The translations under genes and the position numbers were made by a program. This document shows, piece by piece, positions 54,221 to 64,000 of a stretch of 64,000 nucleotides of DNA (its first letter is position 1; every line of letters begins with the position of its first letter). Source of the stretch: Lama guanicoe (lineage: Eukaryota); contig MU054323.1 of NCBI GenBank assembly GCA_013239625.1, positions 9,165,220-9,229,219 on the forward strand. The letters run 5' to 3'. Below the pieces are notes generated by a model. It was not told the origin of the DNA and made no database searches. It worked only from the letters and a program-made list of their open reading frames with translations.

Positions 54221-57200
54221 AATGTTTCTAAGAGGAGTTTGTTGAGTTATGATGCATCGACAGTAGTAGTAATGTAAACAACCTCTTTTTCTAAAGTTTC
54301 CCATTCAAAATTTATGGTGTGTGGTTTTAAACTATAATTTTAACCAAGGCTGAATCAGTATATTCAGAGCTTATAGTAATTTTACTACATAACTTTAAGC
54401 TCAGCAGAGTTAGAGATGGAGATTTTTTTTTTTAAATTAAATTGTATCAGCAGTCCCTAGCACAGTGAAGATATTCGACTAAATATTTGTTGAAGGAATG
54501 GGATAAATGCATGCATGTATCAGTGAATCTTAGTGTTCAGATTTTTGTTGGTTGAAGTAGAGTGTTGTAACATTCTGTTACTCGTATCAGTTTTTGCCAA
54601 CAGAAATTCAGTCTTTAGAAGTTATTTATTATACAAGGAATTTGTAATTGGAACATTGCTCTTACCAATTCAGAAAACAGGAAGGACATACTGTACTTTG
54701 CAGATTTGGAGTCTGTTTCCATTTTGTCTTTATATATTCTACTCTGCCTTCTCAAAGCGGATTAATGAAAATGGTATGTAACTAAATTTTATATTTTGGA
54801 ATATTTTATATATTATAAAACAGTTCTTCTATAAATAAGTGTTTTATCTATGGATAAAGGAAACTTTGCAGTTAATGATAGTGAGAATGAAAGGCAGAAG
54901 AGAGGGCATATTTCTACCCATGAATTCACGAATTGATTCCTACAGAATTACCCACATTCAAAATGAAATAATTGAAATCAAAAAGCCCAGAAGATCACAG
55001 TAAATTAGGAATGATGTTATTCTTTTCTCAGCTCTTTTATTGTGAAGAGACAACTGTTGGGCAGTAAAAGAGTTGCCAATTTGTGTAAGATTCTCTTGGA
55101 AAATGTCAAAGGATATCTGAATTAAAGAGAAGCCCTTGAATTTCATGATTGTAGAAGAGCCAACTGGTAGTTACTTAAAGAGGATCGGAAAAGTGAATCT
55201 TCAGTGATCAAATTGATTTAAATAAAACATGTATTGCGGTCTAGAATGGTGCCACTAGAACTAGAGTGAAAATATACCAGGTATGTCGAAGTTCACAGAG
55301 GAAGATAATGAACTTCATATAAATGCATATTTGTGAAAATAGTCAGACTCTGTAGCATTTAATTCTTGAAGAAATTAATGTGTTTGTGTTTTTGTGTATC
55401 CTCCTTAAATAGGGCAGGGAGTGAGGCTGTTTTGCTCATGTTTTATTTCTAATCTGCTTTACTGCCTGGCATTTAGAGGGGGTAAGTAACTGTGTGGAAT
55501 GAATGGACCATGTTCATTGTTTGGATCTGACAATGATGAGGTTTGATGAGGAAGTGACAGAACTTTGAAATATCCTCAATTTTCCAAGTTTTTTGAATAA
55601 CACTGTTAGGTAACTCTAAAGAGAGATAATTGAAATATTTCAAGTTATATCAAGCAAGTCTGCAGCCGGTAAATCAAATGGTTTCCTAACATTGGTTTCA
55701 AATTTGAAATTATCGTTTGTTTAAAATTTGTATTTTTCATACTAACAATTTATTTTAATCAAGGACTGTTTGGTTATAAGAAACCCACTGGAACAAACAT
55801 AGAAAGTTTGTTTGTCTTTATAAGGAATTAAGTGAATTCCATGGTGCCCAAGGGCAGGAAGTATAGCCAGGCCTCATAGGGACTTGAAGGATGGTAGACA
55901 TGATGGCAGCCAGTCAGCAGCATCTGTGCCCTTGTGAGTGTTTTTCTCCTGCAACATATTTTATTGTCACTTTATTCTTTCTCCCCTCCCCCAGATTTCT
56001 CTGTTTGTCCTCATGTAGAGTAGAAATGGCTTCATGAGCACCCTACGTTATGACTAAGTTCAAGACCACCAGAGAGAGCCTGTGTTCTTTGAGTCTAAAT
56101 TCCTGAGAGAGGGGATCTGATTGACAGCTTGGGCTGGGTGTCCATTTGTGATCCATTCATATGGCCAAGAGTTCTGGTTCAGGTATTATCATGGTTCCTA
56201 GAGGCCAGTTTCAGCACAAAGTAAGCATGGGCTGGGCAGGTACCCAGAGAGTTATCTACTGCACTGTTTCAGGAGTTCTTTCTAAAGAGCTTCCAAATGA
56301 AACTAGAGACATTTTCCCTTTGTCTTTAACAATAGAAGCAATGCCATTGTTTATTGTCTGAGAAGAATGATGAATATTTCAAAGCCATTTGTGACAGAGT
56401 CAATAAGTCATGTCAAAAAACTATCTCTAAAGGTTTTGAAGTTGAAAGACTTTCCCAGAGGAAAAGCCTTTTTTCCCCCAGAGGAAAAAGTGAAAAAAAA
56501 AAGAGATTATGATTTGGATAATATAATTTCTCCCTCATGTCTTCAGAGGAGCAGTATAAAATTACAGTTCATTTCCAAGACTTCAGTACTGCATCACTAA
56601 ATTTAAATTTGTATTTTTTGGAGAATGATTACAACAAAATGAAACCAATCTTAGAACTGCTACTTAAATAGGATGCATCATTTAATTAAAAGTGGTTAAA
56701 TATACACAAATATTTTTATAGACACATTGCAAATAGTGTTCCAGACCTTTGGCTTTACTGAATCTTGAAATTCAACTTCATTTTTGATCCTGTCTCAAGT
56801 GGTTTGGTGGTGTGTGTGTGTGTGTGCGTCTGTGTGTGCGCACATGCATGTGTGCACACATTAATACAGTGCTTCTTGCATCTCAGGTGTATTACATATT
56901 ACTTTGTTTTAGCCCAGTCAGCATAGTAAACTCAGAATGCTCTTTTTTCCCCTGCTCTTTGTCCTCTAAAGACTTACTTATGTAGCACTGAGTAAAGACA
57001 CTCGGGGCTTGGCAGTGATGTCTGTCAAACGGAAACTAAGCACCAAACTGGTAGCACCAGAAGGTCCTAGTGGTGGTGTGGGGTTTGTTGCGTCAGCTGA
57101 AAGAGATATTAAGGTTCTGTTGATTTAATCTTATCTATGAGAATTTTGCACTTTTCTTGGTTTGTTATTCTACCTTTTATTTTGAACTTTGGCCAGTTAG

Positions 57201-58329
57201 TTGAAAAGCTGGCTGCTATGGCTATAGCTGTTGGCAGTTTTGTTGGGATGACAGTATTATTTTATGAAAAATTTCTTGTATTGTTTAAAATAGATAATTT
57301 ATTCAGAAAACACTAATTAAGTAGTTTTTCTGCTTTAATCCTTTCCCTCTTCCCTTCAGGATTTTACTGACTGAATCCCTCAGCCTAGCATTCAGGCTGT
57401 CACAGTCTGCCCTTCCAGCCTCTCCGTCACCCCCTCATTGGAGCTCAGGGGACAACAAACTGAGTCAAAAGCCCGTACAAGCGATTTGCTCATTATACTT
57501 TCCAAATATTCTGCCTTTCCTCTTTCTACTTCTGTTTACACTGTTTGGGCTTCACTAGGATGGACCAAAGCAATAGTAAGATGGCCTATTTCCTGACATA
57601 ATTGGTTCTTCATTTGCCCTCAGCAACCTGCCGCTCTGATGGTTGTGCTGTCTGGGAGGCTTCTTGGCCAGTGCTCTTCTGGTCTCCGAGAGTACCTGCA
57701 AGGAGAGTAGGAGTGAACCATTTTTACTATGACTTGTGAGAGTTGAGCTAAGTAAACAGCTGGACACGAAGTCCAGGGATTTTGTATTTTGCGTCATGCT
57801 AAGAGGCATGATCACTTCCCTTGGTCGCATAGTTCATTTTACTTTATTTTTGTCTTTTAAAAAGATTCATTTACTTAAAGATTATTATTATCTAGTGCTC
57901 AAGGTATTTTTAGAGGCTAATTAGGGAAGCAGGTCACCTTTAATTTAGTGAATGTTCTAAAAAATGCTCATTGAAAGGCAAGTAAGAAGTGCTAATTTTG
58001 TGGATTAGACATTAACTCTCCCTCAGATTTTGAGGATTCCTTTGTCTTGGCATTTCAGAATGTTTTTTTCTTGGAATTCATGGAATGTTAGAAAAAGTTT
58101 TAAGAACAGCAACTAATTTTATTAAAAATTTGCGAAGTCAGCTTAGTTATAGCTAACTATATATGTATACATTCTGACTTGATGGTGATTATAGTTTTTT
58201 ACAAAATGATATGACTGCTAAAACTAACTTACTGAGCATATATTTTATAGTTCTACTTATTTATATACGCGTTTTCATTTAATCACACAGTCACTTTGAA
58301 ATAGAAATTCATATCCCATGTTTTTATAT

Positions 58330-61300
58330 TAAATTTATGGAAGTATAATTTATATAAAATAAAATGTATCCATTTTAAAACAGTTTCATACATTTTGGCA
58401 GTTATAAAAAGCTCTTTAACTACACTACAGTCAAGATATAGAACATTTTCATCCCCCAAAGATAATAGAACATTTTTTCCCTTCACAAATCAGTCCCTTC
58501 CACCACCATCCCCAACTCCTGATCCTTATCCTCTCTCTCAAATTATAAAACAGTTCTGTTTTTGAATTTCATGTAAGTGGAATCATATACTGTGTAGTTT
58601 TTGGTATATGGCTTCTTTCATTAGTATAATATTTTTGAGATTCATACATATTATTCCTTATATCAGTACTTTGTTCCTTTTATTGCCAAATAGTAAAACA
58701 TTGTATAGATATACTACAGTTTTTTTTTTAATTCACTCATCTATTGAAGAATGGTTGTGTTATTTCCAGTTTTTGGCTAGTATGAATAAAGCTGCTATTA
58801 AGTTTTTGTACCTGTCTTTTTGTGGAGATATGTTTTAATTTTCTTGGGTAAATAGCTAGGGGTGCTATCATTGTGTTGTAAGCTAAGTGTGTGTTTAACT
58901 TTGTAAGTAATCGCTAAAGTGTTCTCCAAAGTGGTTGTACTGTTTTACATTCCTGCTAGCAACTTATGAGCTACCTAGTTATTCTCTGTTCTCACCAACA
59001 TTTGGTATTGTTGGTCTTTTAAATTACATCTAGTCTAGTGGATGTGTAGAGCTATCTTATTGTTTTAATTTGCATTCTCATGTGCTTGTTGGCTATTTAT
59101 GCATCTTTTGTTAAGTGTCTGTTCAAATGTTTTGCTTAATGTTTTAATTAGATTATTGGTCTTTTCATTGAGTTGTAAATATTCTTTATATAGTCTAGAA
59201 AGAAGTTGTTTGTCAGTTTGTCAATGTTCACTTTCTTAATGGTGTCTTTCCAAGAGCACAAGTTTTTAACATTGACGAAGTCCAATTTAACTGGTTTTTT
59301 AATTATTATTATTATTATTGTTAATGCTTTTGGCTTCTTGTCCAAGAAATCTTTGCTTGAAGGTCTCAGAGATTTTCTCCTGGAGGTTTTATATTTTTAC
59401 CTTTGATATTTTAGTCTGTGATCCATTTTGAGTTAACTTTGACCATATGTATGTTAGTTAATCATTTAGGTGTAGGTCCATTTCTGAACTTTACACTTTA
59501 TTCCATTGATTTGTCTTTTCTTATGTGAATATAACACTGCCTTGATTATTACAGCCTTATAGTAAATCTTTAAATCAGTTACGGTAAGTCCTACTACTTC
59601 TTTTTCAAAGTTATTTTGGCTATTCTAGGTCCTTTATATTTCCATAGAAATTTTAGAATCGGCTTGTCAAATGTCTACAAAAATTCTGCTGAGGCTGCAG
59701 TGATCTGGAGGTCAGTTTGTGGATAATAACATTGAGTCTTCCAGTGGATGAAAATGATAACCTCTCCATTGAGGTCTTCCTTAATGTCTTTCAGTATTTT
59801 GTAGTTTTTACTGAACAGGTTTTTGTACAAATTTTGTTAAATTTACCTCTGAATATTTTTGATGCTAATCGGTAGTATATATATTTCTCTTTGTTGCTAA
59901 TCTATTGATATAATTCCCCTACATTTCTTTTTCTTGCCTTAGTGACCTGACTAGAATCTCCTACAGATTGCTGGATTCAAGTGAAGAGAACAGACATTCT
60001 TGCTTTGCCCAGATTTTAGGGGAAAAGCAGATAGTCTTTTACCATTAAGTATAATGTTGGCTGTATATTTTTCACAGGCTCTGTTTACCAGTTTGAGGAA
60101 GTTCCTCTCTATTCGTGGTTACTTGAGAGTTTTTCATTCTGTTTTGTTTTAAAATCAAGAATGGATGTTGTATTTTGGTAAATACTTTATTCATCAATTC
60201 ACACTTTATTCATGTGGTTTTTAAAAATTTTTATTAATATGGTGGATCTCATTGACTGACTTTTGAATATTCAACTTACCTTATATCTCTGATAAAAACT
60301 CCACTAGATCATGATGCCTTTTTATATGTTATTGGATTCAACCTGATAAAACTGTTTAGAATTTTGCATTTGTGTTCATGAATAATATTGGTTTGTAGTT
60401 TTCTTTTCATGCTTTTTATTGGTTTTAGCATCATAGCAAAACTGACTTCAGAATAGAATGAGTTGTGAAGTGACCCCTTTTCCTCAGTTTTTGGGAATGG
60501 TTTGTGAAGAATTCATATTATTTCTTCCTTAAATGTTTGGTGGAATTCTCCAGTGAAACCACTTTAGAGTATAGGTTACATTTTCTTAATAGATACAGAA
60601 TGTAGTTCATCTACTTCATCTCGAGTGTTGGTAGTTTGTATTTTTAAAGGAATTTGTCCATTTCATCCAAGTTGCTGAATTTATTGGCATAACCTTTTTC
60701 ATAATAGTGTTTCTTTTTTTAACATGTAAAATTCGTAATATTGTCACATCTGTTTTTCCTGATATTGGTAATTTGTTTCTTATCCCTTTTTTCTTTTTAT
60801 CAGTCTGGCTAACTTTTCAATTTTATCTTTTCAAAGAACCAGCATTTGTCTTCATCTATCTTTTCTGTTGTATTTATATTTTCTATTTCATTGATTTCCA
60901 TTCTGATCTTTAATATTCCTTTTTTCTCTTTGAATTTTCTTGCTCTTCTTGTTCTAGTTTACTAAGTGGAGACTGAGGTCACTGATTTGAGATCTTTCTT
61001 CTCTAATATAATGCTATAAATTTCTATCTAAGCACTGCTTTAGCTGTATCTCACAAGACTAGATCTGTTGTACTTTCATTTTAATTCATCACATTTTCTT
61101 GTTTCCCTTTTAATTTCTTTTTTTTTTGACCCAGGTTGTTTAGAAGTGTGTCATCACATTTTCTTATTTTGCTTTTGATTTCTTTTTTTTTTTTTTGACT
61201 CATGGACTATTCAGAAGTGTGTCATTTAGTGTCCAGAATTTTCTAGATTTTCAAATATCTTTCTTTTATTGATTTTGAATTTGGTTCCAGTATGGTCAGA

Positions 61301-61370
61301 GAACATACTTTGAATGACTTACACCCTTTAAAAATTTATTATGACTTGTTTTATAGGTTCCGATATGGGT
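58330..61370 (-). mobile_element. Old L1 (L1M) about 3 kb, antisense to BABAM2
   Basis: Degenerate antisense L1 motifs throughout (AGTGGAATCATA, GAGGAAGTTCC, AATTCTCCAGTGAAACC, TATGGTCAGAGAACATACT). Confidence 0.8.
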
Positions 61371-64000
61371 TGTCTTACTAGTAAATGTATAGCATCTTGT
61401 AAGGGTACGAAGTTGCTGTCAATATATGCCTTCAGTTTATTAATTATCTTTGTATCTTAGGGTGATTCTCTTTTTTTTTTTGCAAGATTATGGTACTGGC
61501 AATAATGCCTTCATATCAGAAAAGAGGGGCTTATAGCTTTTCAGAGCAGGTGAAGCAGAAATTTAAAAATTCTGATCTGACCTAAGAATGAAAGCTACTT
61601 AGAAAAGCAGGTTCTTAGTGGAAGTGTATGGACCACCCAGATATGCTTCTGTTTCTTTTGAACTAGTCCTTTTTCTTTATTATTTTGACCCTTAAGGACA
61701 TTGAGCTGCCCTCATCTCTAGCATATTTCAACAAAATTTAGCGTAAGACCTTTTGGGACATTTGATGGCCATTCCAGATGGTGCAAGCACTGCAGGTCAT
61801 GTCATGTTGCACAGCAGGCTTGCTTTATTATCTGATTGCTGTTCTCCACTGATTTTCACTGGATCATTAGTCTGCTCTAGGGGAAATAATTGAGATTTCA
61901 TATTTCCCTTCTCCCAAAAGATATGCATGTCAAAATTTCGTAGTATGTGACATCATTCATATTATTAACTTGTATATATCGATTCTTAATAAATCAATCT
62001 CTCTTTTTATATTTATATGTGTGGCAGATATGGCTCTTCTATTTCTACTGAAATTAAAAAGTGAGACTTCTGTCTGATATGACCAGCCTAATTCTTCATA
62101 GAACAGTTCCTTTAATACTCTTCCCAGGATGCTGTCAGACCTGCAGTTTATTGAAATCTTTCTTCACATTTCCAGAGACAGACAAGATCTTCTGATTCTT
62201 CAGTTGGTTTTATATCAGCATATAAAAAAGAAAAGCAGCAGTGGTTTTACCCCTCACATCTCCCTTCTGATGCCATTCACATTAATACCATTAGTAACAA
62301 CCCCACCAAATAAATAAATACCTAAATAAATAAATAAAATTTTGTTTTTCTTCTGCCTTTGGCTACTGGGCTAGGTTGTAAAAGGAAGAGAACAAAATGT
62401 ATTAGCAGGATCCCGTCTTTAGTGATAGGGAGTGAGAGCATTAAAAAAAAATAAACCAGTTAACAAAAAATATGGCAAAATAGGAAGGTGGATGCTAAGA
62501 GGATTTAGGAAGTTCCAGGGAGTTTTACAGATATGAGATTTTATGTGAAGACCAAATACATCTAACCTGTGGGAGAGATGAAAGGGCAAGGGAAGCGAGA
62601 GTTAGCTTGAGGAGCAAGAGAAAGGAATTAAAACATTTTTTTTCATGTACTCTGAATGAAATTTATATTTTCCCTCTTCTTGGGCCTGAGAAATCAGACT
62701 TTTCCTATTATTATCATTCTCTCTGGGAAATCCTGTTTGATAGTGGTGCTGTAAACCTAAATCGATGTGGTTGCATTCAGCGTATAGAAAAGTTCCAGCT
62801 CATCTCTAGTTAGTTCTCCCTTTGTACTTATGCCTAAACCGCTCCATCTGGAGAAGTGCCAATTTGCCACTAAATTTAAATAAATAAGAACATTTCTCAT
62901 CAATAGGGGTGGCAAATTTAGCCCCTCTTTAGAGCACTGAGCAATTTATGACCATATGTTAAATACCATAAAACAGCTTTAAAGACTTGGTCCCCGGCCA
63001 TTGCCAGATTGCACCGTAGGAGTACGCAGCACTGCGAGGGCTGGGAATGCTTCCTTCGGCCCTTGGAGGCCTCAGTAACTCACTGATGTCACAGCCAGAG
63101 AGGCCTGTTTTCAAACATTCCCTTCATAAAGGTGAAATACAAAAAGATTCCCTTTTGGCATTTGGGTGCAAAGAAGGCAAGACTTCTTTTTGATTCTGAA
63201 GGGTCAAAATTAGTATGGAAAGAGTTGTGTGGGAGAATGAGTAACTTGGCAGCAGTGAGCCCAGAAGGCAGGTCTAGGAATAGGTAAGAGATATCCTACT
63301 CATTCTTTTTCTTGGAGCATGAACTGGACTTTTATAAGGCATAAGTAAACCAAATACCGCATGTTTCTCCATCGTTTTCTTTTGGCCAACTCTCATGGAA
63401 TTAATATTAATGTTAAAAACAATTTTTAAAATTTCGCCCTATAGTGCTGCCAATTATAAGGATGTCTTTTCTTCCAGGAGTGTGACTCATTATTTGGTGA
63501 ACTCCAAATATTAGTTTTTCTTCTTACCATCATCACAGCTTGTGAATCATTTATGGCATTCCGTGGGCTCATGGCTGAGAAAATGAAGGTGTGTGCCAGC
63601 AAACATGTGATTGTTGGTCAAGTAAGTGCAGTAGGACCTTAGATGGACTTTTAATACATGTGAGGAAACCACTGGTTCAGGCAGGGGGCAGTGTTATTAA
63701 ATAGGAATAGGAATAGTTATCCTCTTTGAAAGATAACTCTTCCTATAAGGGAAGAGATGAAATTTGGCTGTCAAAGGCCCAGGATTCCTAGCCTTCTTAA
63801 ATGTATACGTGCCAGCCTGAGGGCTGATTTCCTGTCGGTTCCTGTGTGGTTTGCACTACATCCTCTTTGCAACAGATCAGTATTTTAGGTCATCTATCAT
63901 AGCCGCTATCCTGTAAATTCTTGGTGGTTTGATCTCAATTTGCAGAAGGCAGATGGCATGCTTCTCTAGGAAGTACAGCGGGAGAGCTCCAGTCTCCCTC

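Noticed and set aside
50057..64000. Next BABAM2 exon (WDIIFNAQYPELPPDF...)
   Set aside because: Not found by eye; it presumably lies right of the window.

Overview
Mammalian genomic DNA, most likely a camelid, judged from three tRNA-Ala-derived SINEs of the vic-1 type and no recognisable Alu, B1, Bov-tA/BovB or PRE-1. The window is centred on the head-to-head RBKS/BABAM2 (BRE) locus. RBKS (ribokinase) coding exon 1 is on the minus strand (17096-17184), with intron 1 running off the left edge. A CpG-island bidirectional promoter spans about 17.0-18.2 kb. BABAM2 is on the plus strand, with a non-coding exon 1 (ending 17682), coding exon 2 (CDS 21047-21174) and exon 3 (49980-50056). The rest is intron, full of L1, L2, MIR, LTR (MLT1, MER21) and DNA-transposon (Tigger1, MER44, MER58, MARNA) relics. 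Nearly all other ORFs in the track are repeat-derived or chance. I see no convincing new biological system. The findings are candidate regulatory motifs, splice-site oddities, retrotransposon structure and non-B DNA elements, all needing testing. Repeat names and boundaries were assigned by eye from remembered consensus sequences and are approximate.
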